From Candidatus Latescibacterota bacterium (GTDB taxonomy: Bacteria; Latescibacterota; UBA2968; UBA8231), in NCBI GenBank assembly GCA_965242865.1, contig CBDETK010000013.1, positions 5,216,001 through 5,280,000 of the forward strand: 64,000 nt of DNA, in the 5' to 3' direction. Numbering within the stretch: position 1 is the first letter of the stretch; the number at the start of each line of letters is the position of its first letter. The translations under genes were made by a program, and so were the position numbers. Below are positions 19,562 through 29,529 of the stretch, one piece after another. The notes under the pieces were generated by a model. That model was not told the DNA's origin. It worked only from the letters and a program-made list of their open reading frames with translations, and searched no databases.

Positions 19562-20620
19562 TCACAGGCGCACGGCGAGCGCGCGGCGGAATTTTGCCAT
19601 CTGGCCTTCGAGATAGGCTCGGTGCTCGCCATCGGCTGGCTCCAGTGCGAGGGCTTGGCGCATAATGGCCACCGCGTGGGCATGCCGCCCCAACAGGTGC
19701 AGCAATTCCGCATAGGTGTCCAAATACACTGGGCTTTCCGCATCGAGCTTGACCGCGCGCAGCGACAGACTTAGGGCATAGCTAAGACGCCGGCCCTCCT
19801 CCGCATAGGTCCAAGCCAAATTGTTGAGGATCAGCGGGTCGTCTGGCGCCCCGGCCAAGGCGCGCTCGTAGTATTCAATGGCGCGGTCGGGCTGGGCGCG
19901 GTCGTAATAGATGCGAGCGATGTCAACGGCACTGACGACGCCGGCTTTCAGCGCGTGGTCAAAAGTACCGGCGGCCCGTGCTGCCAGCCCCAAGCGGAGT
20001 TGGCAATCCCCCAAGGTGAGGGCGAGTTGCGGGTCATCGGGGCGGAGGCGCGCAGCCTCGCTGAGCGCGGCCTCGGCCTCGGCCAGTCGCCCTTCGGCGA
20101 TCAAGAGGCGGCCGAGTTCAAGGCGGGCGAAGAGGTGGTGCTCGTCGAGTTGAATGGCGTGGCGCAGGGCTTCTATGGCCGCGTCGAGTCGGTCCTGACG
20201 GGCATGGAGCCAGCCCTCGGTGGCCCACAGCGACGCGCTCGGGCCGTAGTCTGTGCGCAGGCGGGCGAGCAATGCTTCGGTTTGGGCAAAGCGCTCTGCT
20301 CGTTGACAGATGTCGCGCAAGGCGCTGTACAGCTCGTCGTTGTCCGGCGCCAAGGCAATGGCTTGGCCGACCAGCTCCAGCGCGGCATCCCCCTCCCCCA
20401 ATCCCAACCGGGCGAGCGCGGCGATGAGGAGCAAGCGGTCGTCCGCTCCGTCTTGGCGGATGGCTCGACGCGCTTCAACCCAAGCTTGGCCGTAGAGGCC
20501 GTTGAGCAAATAGGCCCGGGCTAGCTGGGCGTGCTCGGCTCGGTAGGCACCGCATTGCGGGTTGCTGATGACAAACGCGCCGAGCAGGGCCCAGCAAACG
20601 GCCGGTCTAGCGACGCGCAT
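19562..20620 (-). CDS. Tetratricopeptide repeat protein
   Basis: Repeated helical TPR-like units, e.g. 'AIEYYERAL...PDDPLILNNLAW'. Confidence 0.85.
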   Translation of the reverse strand: MRVARPAVCWALLGAFVISNPQCGAYRAEHAQLARAYLLNGLYGQAWVEARRAIRQDGADDRLLLIAALARLGLGEGDAALELVGQAIALAPDNDELYSALRDICQRAERFAQTEALLARLRTDYGPSASLWATEGWLHARQDRLDAAIEALRHAIQLDEHHLFARLELGRLLIAEGRLAEAEAALSEAARLRPDDPQLALTLGDCQLRLGLAARAAGTFDHALKAGVVSAVDIARIYYDRAQPDRAIEYYERALAGAPDDPLILNNLAWTYAEEGRRLSYALSLSLRAVKLDAESPVYLDTYAELLHLLGRHAHAVAIMRQALALEPADGEHRAYLEGQMAKFRRALAVRL

Positions 20621-21859
20621 TCAGAACTCGTGGCGGTACGTGTCAATGTGGAGCAGGAGGCCGATGGCGATGAGGTTGGACAGCAACGAGGAGCCGCCCG
20701 CGCTGAGAAAGGGCAGCGGCAGGCCGGTGATGGGCATGACGCCGATGGTCATGCCGATATTGATAAACACGTGGAAGGTCAGCATCGCGGCCAAGCCAAC
20801 GGCCGTCAGGCTGTAAAAGGCATTGTTGGCCACGGAGGCGATGTGCAGCGCCCGATAGATGAGAAAAAAGAACAGGCCCAGCACGATCAGGCCCATGGCA
20901 AACCCCCCTTCCTCCCCGATGACCGAGAAGATGAAGTCCGTATGGGCCACCGGCAGAAACTCGTGTTTGGTCTGCGTACCTTCTAGAAAGCCCTTGCCCG
21001 TCAGTCCGCCGGAGCCAATCGCGATCTTGGATTGGATGATGTTCCACCCAGAGCCGAGCGGGTCGCTCTCTGGATTGAAGAAGGTCATAATGCGGGCCTT
21101 CTGGTATGGGTGCAGGAAGTGCTCCAAAAAGTACACCGTGAGCAAACCGGCCGCGGTATTGATGAAAGCCATGGCTATCGTCAGCCAGAGCCGGCGCAGA
21201 AAATGGTGGATCAAGAAGGTACTGCCGATGGCGAACGCGGCGAAGATGTACGGAGTGCCGGCTTGCCACAGGGGCTCTAAAGAGCAGAGGACGCTGATCA
21301 GCGGAGAGATGACGAGGAAAATGAAGAACTTGCGCATGCCCGCCCAATAGAGCATGGGAAAAAACGGCGCACCAAAAGAAATGGCGGTCCCCAAGTCGGG
21401 CTGACGCACGATCAAGGCGATCGGAACCAAGATGAGAAATAAGGCCCCGAGAAAGCCGCCAAAGGTGTTGATGCGCTCGGCGTTGCGGTCACTCAAGTAG
21501 CGCGCCAGCGCGATGATGGTCGCGATCTTGACCAGTTCCGAAGGCTGTACCATCAGCGGCCCCAAGCGCAACCAGCGGGTGGCGTCGCCCGTGCCCCAAG
21601 CCAACACCGCGACTAGGCTCACAATGCTGGGCAAGTACAGCAGGTACGCAGCGCTGTAAATGACCTTTTCCGGGATATAGACGACAGCTAAGGCCACGCC
21701 CAAGGCCAAGATCGCGAATTGGACCTGCTTACTCCACGCGTTCTGCACGGCCGGGGAGTCGTTGTGATAGGTCGCGCTGTAGATTGCGACGATACCGAGC
21801 AGTACGGTGGCCAACGTCGCAATGAGGAGCGGGAAATCGAGCTGGCGGAGCAGGCGCAT
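20621..21859 (-). CDS. rodA: Rod shape-determining protein RodA (SEDS)
   Basis: 'QPSELVK', 'QPDLGTA', 'GSGWNIIQSKIAIGSGG', 'HTDFIFSVIGEE', 'PITGLPLPFLS'. Confidence 0.95.
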   Translation of the reverse strand: MRLLRQLDFPLLIATLATVLLGIVAIYSATYHNDSPAVQNAWSKQVQFAILALGVALAVVYIPEKVIYSAAYLLYLPSIVSLVAVLAWGTGDATRWLRLGPLMVQPSELVKIATIIALARYLSDRNAERINTFGGFLGALFLILVPIALIVRQPDLGTAISFGAPFFPMLYWAGMRKFFIFLVISPLISVLCSLEPLWQAGTPYIFAAFAIGSTFLIHHFLRRLWLTIAMAFINTAAGLLTVYFLEHFLHPYQKARIMTFFNPESDPLGSGWNIIQSKIAIGSGGLTGKGFLEGTQTKHEFLPVAHTDFIFSVIGEEGGFAMGLIVLGLFFFLIYRALHIASVANNAFYSLTAVGLAAMLTFHVFINIGMTIGVMPITGLPLPFLSAGGSSLLSNLIAIGLLLHIDTYRHEF

Positions 21860-21862
21860 GCG

Positions 21863-23641
21863 CTAAAGCACTCCGTTATCGGCTAAGAGCGTATCGGCTT
21901 GGGTGGCTTCTAAATCGAGGATGCCCTCTTGGATGCAGAACGCTTTGACGACTTCGCGCACGACCGGGCCGACGCGCTCCCCACCGCTGCCGCCCCCTTC
22001 GACCACGGCCGCGATGGCAATGGCGGGATTTTCGTACGGCGCAAAGGCCACCATCCACGCGTCGTCCTCTCGATTGGGCCGATTGGGCACTTGAGCGGTC
22101 CCGGTCTTGGCCGCGATGGCGACGCCGTCGACCCGCGCTCGGCGGCCCGTCCCGGTTTCGCTGGCTACTACCCGGCGCATGGCCTTGCGCACGATGGCGA
22201 AGGTCCGCGGCGAAATGCCCTCAATGCGCTCGCTGGGGGGCGGGGCACCGCTGATGTACGGCGTGACCAAGTAGCCACCGTTGGCAATGGCGGCCACATA
22301 GCGGGCCATCTGGATCGGCGTGGCGAGCATGGCGCCTTGGCCAATGGAGAGGTTGAGCAGGTGCCCCAAGGACCAGCCATCGTTCTCTTGGTAATACTGG
22401 CGCGAGGGCAGGAGGCCGGCGGCTTCGCCGGGATGGACGATCCCGGTCGGCTGGCCAAAGCCGAATTTGGCCGCGTACTGGTGCCACGATTCAATGCTTA
22501 TCAGCCGGGCCAAATGGTAGAAGTACACGTTGCAGGAGGTCTCGATTGCCGCGGGGAGGGTCAGGCCGCCGTGGCCGGTCCGCTTGTGGCAGCGGAACTT
22601 GCTCCGCCCCACAGTCAGCGACCCATAGCAGGGTTCAAACAAGCTCAAGGTATCGGTGACCCCGGTTTCGAGCGCGGCGATGGCACTGACCATCTTGAGC
22701 GTCGAGCCCGGTGGATACCGCCCCTGCAAGGCGCGGTTGAGGAGCACGTCTTTGCTCTGTAGCACCCGCGACCGCTCCTTTTGGGCTTGGAACGACACGA
22801 AAATGTTGGGGTCAAAGGTCGGCTTGTTGGCTAGGGCCAGCACGGCCCCGGTGCGCGGATCGAGCGCGACGAGCGCCCCGGGCAAGGTGTCGGGTAAGGC
22901 GCGTTCAGCCGCCTGTTGGACCTCCAAGTCAACAGTCAGGTGCAGGGGCGTCCCGGGCACGGGGAGTTGGTCGCGCTCTGGAAACTTCCGGCCGGTGCGA
23001 CCGGCCGCATCGATCTCGACGAACAACATGCCGTCGCGGCCGCGCAGGCTGTTCTCGTACACCTTTTCGATGCCGGTCTTGCCAATAAAGTCGCCGAGCA
23101 CGTACGCATTGTCGTTGTCGCCCTGTAGATCTTGGTCGCGGATGATGCCGATGTAACCGAGCAAGTGGGCGGCCGCCGTGCCGTAGGGATAGTAGCGCTG
23201 AGTCTCGATTTCAATGTCGAGCAGCGGCCAGTCGGCCTTGAGCCGCTCCTCTACGATCGATACCGTGCGAAAATCGACATCGCGCTTGAGGCGGATGGTG
23301 TGGTATTTGCGGCTGTACTCGCCGTCTAGGGCGGGGTCGCCGATGGCCGCGGTAAACGCGGCCGTGGCCGCGTCGAACTCCTTGGACGTGGTGCGCTCCA
23401 AGGAGACGGTGTAAAATGGCCGGGTGCGAGCCAAGATGCGGCCATCGCGGTCGTAGATCAGCCCGCGCGGGGCCTTGACGCGCCGCTGTGCAATGCGGTT
23501 TTCCTCGGACTCGCGGGCGTAGTCGGCCGAGGTGACAACTTGCAAATAAAACAGCCGCAAGACCAAAACCGCGAACAGCAAGACGACGGGCGCGAGCAGA
23601 GCGTTGAGGGGCCGGTGCTGATCTTGTTCGGGGTGCTGCAT
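21863..23641 (-). CDS. mrdA: Penicillin-binding protein 2
   Basis: 'APRGLIYDR', SxxK 'PGSTLK', SxN 'SCNVYFY', KTG 'AKTGTAQ'. Confidence 0.93.
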   Translation of the reverse strand: MQHPEQDQHRPLNALLAPVVLLFAVLVLRLFYLQVVTSADYARESEENRIAQRRVKAPRGLIYDRDGRILARTRPFYTVSLERTTSKEFDAATAAFTAAIGDPALDGEYSRKYHTIRLKRDVDFRTVSIVEERLKADWPLLDIEIETQRYYPYGTAAAHLLGYIGIIRDQDLQGDNDNAYVLGDFIGKTGIEKVYENSLRGRDGMLFVEIDAAGRTGRKFPERDQLPVPGTPLHLTVDLEVQQAAERALPDTLPGALVALDPRTGAVLALANKPTFDPNIFVSFQAQKERSRVLQSKDVLLNRALQGRYPPGSTLKMVSAIAALETGVTDTLSLFEPCYGSLTVGRSKFRCHKRTGHGGLTLPAAIETSCNVYFYHLARLISIESWHQYAAKFGFGQPTGIVHPGEAAGLLPSRQYYQENDGWSLGHLLNLSIGQGAMLATPIQMARYVAAIANGGYLVTPYISGAPPPSERIEGISPRTFAIVRKAMRRVVASETGTGRRARVDGVAIAAKTGTAQVPNRPNREDDAWMVAFAPYENPAIAIAAVVEGGGSGGERVGPVVREVVKAFCIQEGILDLEATQADTLLADNGVL

Positions 23642-23643
23642 AA

Positions 23644-24111
23644 TCAAGCGGGGAAGAGCTGGCGTTTGAGGGTTAGACCGGCGAAGAAAACCGCGTTGAC
23701 CAAGCCGGTGTACGCGGCGCGGCCCAAGATGCTGCTCACCTCAAAGGGCTGATCGGCCCCGGCCCCCACGTAGTAGATGAGGTCGTGGCAGATGACGGCT
23801 CCAAAAACCAGCGCGGTCTGGACTTGAATGCTGTCGGCTACCATGCGGGCGTGGCTGAAACCCAAGCCCGCGCCGATGAGCGACTTGGCGAGCGCGTTGA
23901 CCCCGAGAGCGGCGGGCAAGTATATATCTTGCAGGATGCCGACGCCCAGCCCCATATAGGCCCCGACCACCGGCCCGCTGCGTAGCGCGATGAAGCTCAA
24001 TGCCACGAGCAATAGATCGGGTTTGATCGACCATACCTCTAGTGAATCGACCCAAGTGGTTTGCAGGATAAAGGCCAAGGCCAGCCAGAGGATATGGCGG
24101 AACGCACGCAT
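23644..24111 (-). CDS. mreD: Rod shape-determining protein MreD
   Basis: 'IKPDLLLV', hydrophobic, directly upstream of mrdA; ATG at 24111. Confidence 0.85.
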   Translation of the reverse strand: MRAFRHILWLALAFILQTTWVDSLEVWSIKPDLLLVALSFIALRSGPVVGAYMGLGVGILQDIYLPAALGVNALAKSLIGAGLGFSHARMVADSIQVQTALVFGAVICHDLIYYVGAGADQPFEVSSILGRAAYTGLVNAVFFAGLTLKRQLFPA

Positions 24112-24112
24112 G

Positions 24113-25834
24113 TCACCGCGGGATTTGCAAGGCCGTGCCGGCTCGCAGCGTCGCCGAGAGACTGATGTTGTTTTGGCGGGCAATGTCGCGGGCGGCGAGG
24201 CCGAATTTGCGGGCGATGCCGTGCAGCGTATCGCCCCAGACCACGGTGTACACCCGCGCTCGCTCACTGGCCACCGTGAGCTGCTGACCGGGTTTAATCA
24301 GTGCCTTTTCGAGGCTGTTCCACGCCTGCAAGTCCGGGACGCTCACCGCAAACCGCCGGGCCAACTCCCACAGGGTATCGCCCGGCTGCACCGTGTAGGT
24401 CCCCTTGCCCCTTGCGGCCCTGGTGGCCTTGGCCGTGACCGGGATATAGAGAACTTGTCGCGGCCGGATGAAGTTGGGGTTTCTCAGGCTATTGGCCGCG
24501 GCAATGACGCGCGTGGGGACGCCAAAGGCTTGGGCGATATCCGAGATCGTATCGCCGCGTTGCACCCGGTACTGATGGACCGCGGCCTGCTGCGGGATCG
24601 GTAGGCTGGCGTACTGGTCGAGCAAGCGCGGCCCTTGGCCCGGCGGCACCTTCAAAACATAAGGCGGACCAGCCCCGGGCGGCGTGATGTCTTGGCGCAA
24701 CTCGGGATTGAGGTCGTGCAATGCGCGGCGCTTGATGCCCAAGAGTTTCGCGGCCGCTTTCAGATCGATGTATGGCCAGTCTTCGGGCAGGACGACTTCC
24801 TCGTACGCAAAGGCTGGCTCTTCGGCTTGGGGCTCAAAGCCAAACAGTGGTGGATCCTTGGCGATGACGGTCGCGGCCATGAAGAGCGGCACGTAGTTTT
24901 TCGTTTCGCGGGGCAGGTTGAGTTGCCAGTAGTCGTTGGTGCCGTCGCGGGCGATGGTGCGGCGGACTCGCCCCGGGCCGGCGTTGTACGCAGCCAGTGC
25001 CAAGCGCCAGTCGCCGAACTCGGCGAACAGGTCTTTTAGGTAGCGGGCCGCGGCCACGGTTGCCTTGACCGGGTCGCGCCGCTCGTCGATCCAATGGGTG
25101 CGCTTAAGGCCCATCATGCGGCCGGTATGCGCCATAAACTGCCACAAGCCCACGGCCTGCGACCGCGAATAGGCCCTGGGATTGAGGCCGCTCTCGATGA
25201 CCGCTAGGTAAAACAGGTCGCGGGGCATTCCCTCGCGCTGGAGGATATCGTCGATCAACGCGCGGTAGCGCCCGGCGCGTTGCAACCAAGTGGCAAAGGT
25301 CTTGCGACCCCGCGTCTCAAAGAAGCGGAGGCTGGCGACGACGCGGTCGTTGGCGTCGATGGGCATGTCGCAGCGGCGGGCGAGTTGGCGGATGCGGACC
25401 AAAGGCTTGGCGTCGGCCGGCAGGTGCTCCATTTTTTCCTCGGACAGCCCCTCGAGCAGCAGGTTCAAGGGGCTGTCGGCCGGCCAGTGCTCCAAGTGCG
25501 GGACCAGGTCGAGGTACGCCCGCTCAATAGCCAAGCCGAGCGCGGCGGCCTGCGCGGTATCGACGAGCGCGTCGTGTTCGTCGAGGTCGGCGAGAATGCC
25601 GAAGGCCTGGGCGAGGGCCGCTTGCGCCCGTTGGGGCTGCCCCAGCGCGTGGCTTTCGCTGGCGAGGAGCAAGTGCCAGCGCACCGTGCGGAGGTCGGCC
25701 ATATCCGGCGGCGGGTCCACAGACCGGTCCGCCGACACCCCAGGGGCCACTTGGTCAAAGCCCGACGGTCCAGCGTTTTTGCCCTGGGCACAGGCCATGA
25801 ACAGCAAGGCGATGACACAACAATACAAGCGCAT
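24113..25834 (-). CDS. mltD: Membrane-bound lytic murein transglycosylase D-like (SLT plus LysM repeats)
   Basis: 'LAVIESG', 'AVGLWQFM', 'LAAYNAG', 'ETKNYVP'; three LysM units; lipobox-like 'FMAC'. Confidence 0.9.
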   Translation of the reverse strand: MRLYCCVIALLFMACAQGKNAGPSGFDQVAPGVSADRSVDPPPDMADLRTVRWHLLLASESHALGQPQRAQAALAQAFGILADLDEHDALVDTAQAAALGLAIERAYLDLVPHLEHWPADSPLNLLLEGLSEEKMEHLPADAKPLVRIRQLARRCDMPIDANDRVVASLRFFETRGRKTFATWLQRAGRYRALIDDILQREGMPRDLFYLAVIESGLNPRAYSRSQAVGLWQFMAHTGRMMGLKRTHWIDERRDPVKATVAAARYLKDLFAEFGDWRLALAAYNAGPGRVRRTIARDGTNDYWQLNLPRETKNYVPLFMAATVIAKDPPLFGFEPQAEEPAFAYEEVVLPEDWPYIDLKAAAKLLGIKRRALHDLNPELRQDITPPGAGPPYVLKVPPGQGPRLLDQYASLPIPQQAAVHQYRVQRGDTISDIAQAFGVPTRVIAAANSLRNPNFIRPRQVLYIPVTAKATRAARGKGTYTVQPGDTLWELARRFAVSVPDLQAWNSLEKALIKPGQQLTVASERARVYTVVWGDTLHGIARKFGLAARDIARQNNISLSATLRAGTALQIPR

Positions 25835-25840
25835 GGCGGG

Positions 25841-26587
25841 TCAGTCCTCCTGCGAGACGAAAATCTGGGAGCGGACCTTGAGGGCCAAGGGGTAGTACTC
25901 CCCGATTCGCTCGGCCGCGGCTTGGGCTTGGGCCTCGGTGCGGTAGTTGCCGACTTCGATTTTGTAATAAGGTTCCTTAAAGATCACGCTGATGTCTTCG
26001 CGCTGCAGGCGCTGTTTGGCGTCGGCCACGAGGCGGCTGGCCTTGTCGTGTTCTAGGAATTGGGCGATCTGCACCTTCCAGCCAAAGGTTTTCACCGGCT
26101 CGGGCGCGGCCGGCGCGGAGGCGGCTGGGACCTCAACGACGTACGCATCGGCATAATCCGGGCCGAGCGCGGCCACCTGCTCCTTGAGCGCGGCGGCCGC
26201 GGCGCGCGTGGGGTATTGCCCTGCTTGCAGCACCGAGTGTTCGTTGCGGGCCACGAGGTGAACCTTCACCCCGAGCGCGCGTTCTAGCTCGACGCGGCGC
26301 TGGCGGGCCATCGCTTCATTGCTCAAGGCGAGCAGCTGGAGGCGATAGACCGGAGCGCGGTCTGGCACGGGGGCCGCCGGCGCGGCTGGGGGCTGGTCGC
26401 CCTCCTCGCTGTTGGGTTGGACCGGCTCGATGAGCAACGGGGCTTCGCCGAGGGTGCGCGGGTCGAACTCTTCGCCGCTCGCTGGGGCGGCATCGCCCGA
26501 CGCCGTGCGCCAGCGCGGCGCGCTCGCGCAATGGGCCGTAGCGAGCAGGGCCAGCAATAGGAGCGGATAGCTTTTATAGCTTTTCAT
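25841..26587 (-). CDS. SPOR-domain lipoprotein
   Basis: Signal peptide with Cys; two SPOR-like units ('YRLQLLA', 'WKVQIAQF', 'YYKIEVGNY'). Confidence 0.75.
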   Translation of the reverse strand: MKSYKSYPLLLLALLATAHCASAPRWRTASGDAAPASGEEFDPRTLGEAPLLIEPVQPNSEEGDQPPAAPAAPVPDRAPVYRLQLLALSNEAMARQRRVELERALGVKVHLVARNEHSVLQAGQYPTRAAAAALKEQVAALGPDYADAYVVEVPAASAPAAPEPVKTFGWKVQIAQFLEHDKASRLVADAKQRLQREDISVIFKEPYYKIEVGNYRTEAQAQAAAERIGEYYPLALKVRSQIFVSQED

Positions 26588-27624
26588 GGCTCGACCCAAG
26601 CACCCAAGGCCGGTTCGTACGGTGCGCGGGCGACGCCCTTTTCCGAGATGATCGCCGACACCAAGTCGGCGGGGGTGACGTCAAAGGCCGGGTTGTACAC
26701 CGGCACGGCGGCGGGTGCGGTGGGCTTGCCCAAGCCTTGGCGGACCTCGGCCGGGTCGCGCTTTTCAATGGGGATTTCCGCGCCCGAGGCCAAGGCCATA
26801 TCGAGGGTCGAGACCGGGGCGGCCACGTAAAAAGGGACGCGGTGCTCGCGGGCGAGGATGGCCAGCCCGTAGGTGCCTATTTTGTTGGCCACGTCGCCGT
26901 TTTTGGCGATGCGATCGGCCCCCACGATACAGCAGTCAATCGCCTCGCTGCGCAGGACGGCCGCGGCCGCATTGTCGCAGATGACCTTGACGTCGATGCC
27001 GCTCTGCATTAGCTCCCACGCGGTCAGCCGCGAACCTTGCAGCAAGGGGCGGGTTTCGTCGGCAAACACGGCGACTTTCTTGCCGGCCTCTTGAGCGGCA
27101 TAGACTACGCCCAAGGCCGTGCCGTAGTCGGCCGTGGCCAAGCCGCCGGCATTGCAGTGCGTAATGACTTGGCTGCCATCGCGCAAGAGGGCTGCGCCGT
27201 GGACGCCGATCTGGCGACAGATTTGGCGGTCTTGCTCAAAGAGGCGATGCGCGGCCGCGAGCAGGGCGTCGCAGATGGCGCGGTTGTCGCGCCCGGGATT
27301 CGCCGCCAGCACCGCCTGCATCTGATCTAAGGCCCAGAACAGGTTGACCGCGGTGGGCCGGGTGCGGGCGAGGCGGGCGATGGCCCCTTCCACGCGCCGA
27401 CAAAAGGCCGCGGGGGCGCAATCAACCGCGGCCTGAGCGCCGACCACGACGCCATACGCCGCGGCCAACCCAATGGCCGGGGCGCCGCGCACCACCAGCC
27501 CTTCAATGGCGCGGGCAATACCTTCGACTTGGCGATAGGGCGCGTACACCACCTCTTCGGGCAAGCGAGTTTGATCGAGCAGGATCAGCGCACCGTCCTG
27601 CCATCGGATCGTTTGCATCGGCAT
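26584..27624 (-). CDS. mtnA: S-methyl-5-thioribose-1-phosphate isomerase
   Basis: 'LDQTRLP', 'VRGAPAIG', 'RPTAVNL', 'THCNAGGLAT', 'ETRPLLQGSRLT', 'ANKIGTY'. Confidence 0.95.
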   Translation of the reverse strand: MPMQTIRWQDGALILLDQTRLPEEVVYAPYRQVEGIARAIEGLVVRGAPAIGLAAAYGVVVGAQAAVDCAPAAFCRRVEGAIARLARTRPTAVNLFWALDQMQAVLAANPGRDNRAICDALLAAAHRLFEQDRQICRQIGVHGAALLRDGSQVITHCNAGGLATADYGTALGVVYAAQEAGKKVAVFADETRPLLQGSRLTAWELMQSGIDVKVICDNAAAAVLRSEAIDCCIVGADRIAKNGDVANKIGTYGLAILAREHRVPFYVAAPVSTLDMALASGAEIPIEKRDPAEVRQGLGKPTAPAAVPVYNPAFDVTPADLVSAIISEKGVARAPYEPALGAWVEP

Positions 27625-27628
27625 TGCG

Positions 27629-28024
27629 TTAGAAGGTCGAAAACTCAAGGGACGGTTCGGCCGCTTCCTCGGGCGCGTCTAGCGCGGCAAAGTCCGTGCG
27701 TTGCGCGTCGCCCCACAGCCGCTCTAGGGCGTAGAAGTCGCGGGCCTCCGCGCGAAAGATGTGGACGACGAAATCGACGTAGTCGAGCAAAACCCAGCGC
27801 TGGGCATCTGTGCCCTCAATGTGCCACGGCTTTTCGCCCAGCTCGGCGAGTTGGTCCCGCACGGCATCGACGAGGCTGCGGATGTGCTGTTCAGAGGTGC
27901 TCGTGCAGATCAGGAAGTAGTCGCAGGTATCGGTTATGGCGCGCAGATCCAGCAAGGTGATTGCGAGGGCCTTTTTATCGCGTAAAATTTCTACGGCGCG
28001 GGCGATGCGCGGCTCTGGGGTCAT
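27629..28024 (-). CDS. rsfS: Ribosome silencing factor
   Basis: 'DKKA', 'DYFLICT', 'WVLLDYVDFVVHIF', 'FYALERLWGD'. Confidence 0.95.
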   Translation of the reverse strand: MTPEPRIARAVEILRDKKALAITLLDLRAITDTCDYFLICTSTSEQHIRSLVDAVRDQLAELGEKPWHIEGTDAQRWVLLDYVDFVVHIFRAEARDFYALERLWGDAQRTDFAALDAPEEAAEPSLEFSTF

Positions 28025-28042
28025 GGGCAGGTTCTCGGGGCG

Positions 28043-28504
28043 TTACGGGGCCGGGTCGAGCAGGCCAATGCGGCGATAGTCGCGCCCGATGATAATGGAG
28101 ACGCTCGCCAAGCTGAATTGGTCTCTCTGCTGCTGAATAAAATGGGGGATCCCCAAGACATCCGCCACTTGCCGGGCTTGCTCAATATCGCCGTCCAAAT
28201 CGACGACGAGGGTGTGCAGGTAATTGAAGCTCGATGCATTGCCTTCGTGAATCACGTCTAGCCCGAGGGCGCGTGCCTTTTTGCGGAGGCGGGCAGCGAT
28301 TTGCGATTCGCCGCCGCCGTTGAGGATTTCGACCCGAATGGGGCTGATCTGGGGAGTGGTTTCCGGCTTGGGAACTTCCCGTTGGAGCGTTGGCTGGGGA
28401 GGCGCGGCCGGCGGCCAGAAAGCCGCTTTGAGGAGCAGGGCTATGGCCACAACGGCCAGCCCCCATAAAATTAACTCCTGCCTGTTGGGGGTTTCTCGTT
28501 CCAT
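28043..28504 (-). CDS. LytR C-terminal domain protein
   Basis: TM helix then 'VEILNGGG', 'GNA', 'IIIGRDY'. Confidence 0.8.
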   Translation of the reverse strand: MERETPNRQELILWGLAVVAIALLLKAAFWPPAAPPQPTLQREVPKPETTPQISPIRVEILNGGGESQIAARLRKKARALGLDVIHEGNASSFNYLHTLVVDLDGDIEQARQVADVLGIPHFIQQQRDQFSLASVSIIIGRDYRRIGLLDPAP

Positions 28505-28575
28505 CGCTCCAACGTCCTTCAAATGAATAGAAAACGGCAAGTTACGTCAAGCAAACAAAGAACAAAGGAGAAAAC

Positions 28576-29529
28576 ATGGAGCTCCTGCGCGAACAAGACT
28601 TTGCCCACCGCTTGTCCACGGCTGATTTTCTCGCGGCCTGTCGCCAAGCCTTCGAGCAGTATGGCGCGGGGGTCATCGCCAATCCTCCGCGCACCGAGTC
28701 CATCCAAAAGCGCGGGCCCCTCGATTGCTTTCGCTTGGACATGCCGGCCGAGTGGCCGGGGAAGTTTCGCGTACGCAAGATCATCGAAGAGCGTTCAGAC
28801 GTGGCGACCGGGCGGCTGGCCCAGCGGGAGGCGTATATCGCATTTGAAGATCTGCAACGGGGCCGGGCGTGGCGGCTAGAGGCCGGGCACATCACGGACC
28901 AGCGCACCGGCGCGGCCGGGGCACTGGGGCTCCAGTACCTAGCGGGCGCGACGGCTATTGAGCGAATCGCGATTTTGGGGACCGGCCGGATTGCGCGGAC
29001 CTTGGCCCTATCCTGCGACGCGCTCTTTGATCTGGCCGAGATCGCCTGCACGAGCCGCCGGGCGGCGAACCGGGCGGAGTTCGCCAAAGCGGTCGGGCCG
29101 GCCCTGCGCGCGCCCCTGCGGGTGGTCGCGTCGCTAGAGTCGTGTATGGCCGGGGCCGACGCCGTGCTGACGGCCGTGCCGACGCCCCAGCCCATTTTGA
29201 CCACGGCGGGGCTGGCCCAAGTCCCGTACCTCGCGGTCATCGCCGGAGACAGCCGCACGCGCCAACTCGCGCCGGAAGTGCTCTCTGAGCGCACGGTGGT
29301 CGTCGATGTGCTCGCCCAAGCCCAGCGGTCCGGGGAGTTCCGCTTTGCGGCCGAGCAGGGCCGCGCCGAGCACATCGCCTTGGCGCGCAACCCCGAGGGC
29401 GCGGTGCTGGACATCGGTGACGCGGCCTGTGGACGAATAGGCGCGGTCGCGCCGAGCGCGGTCTATCTGACGGGAATGGGTGCGCAGGACTTGTGCGCCG
29501 CGGCCATGGTGTGCCGCCTGCTCACTTGA
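28576..29529 (+). CDS. Ornithine cyclodeaminase/mu-crystallin family protein
   Basis: 'ITDQRTGAAGAL', 'ILGTGRIA', 'TGMGAQDL'. Confidence 0.82.
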   Translation: MELLREQDFAHRLSTADFLAACRQAFEQYGAGVIANPPRTESIQKRGPLDCFRLDMPAEWPGKFRVRKIIEERSDVATGRLAQREAYIAFEDLQRGRAWRLEAGHITDQRTGAAGALGLQYLAGATAIERIAILGTGRIARTLALSCDALFDLAEIACTSRRAANRAEFAKAVGPALRAPLRVVASLESCMAGADAVLTAVPTPQPILTTAGLAQVPYLAVIAGDSRTRQLAPEVLSERTVVVDVLAQAQRSGEFRFAAEQGRAEHIALARNPEGAVLDIGDAACGRIGAVAPSAVYLTGMGAQDLCAAAMVCRLLT

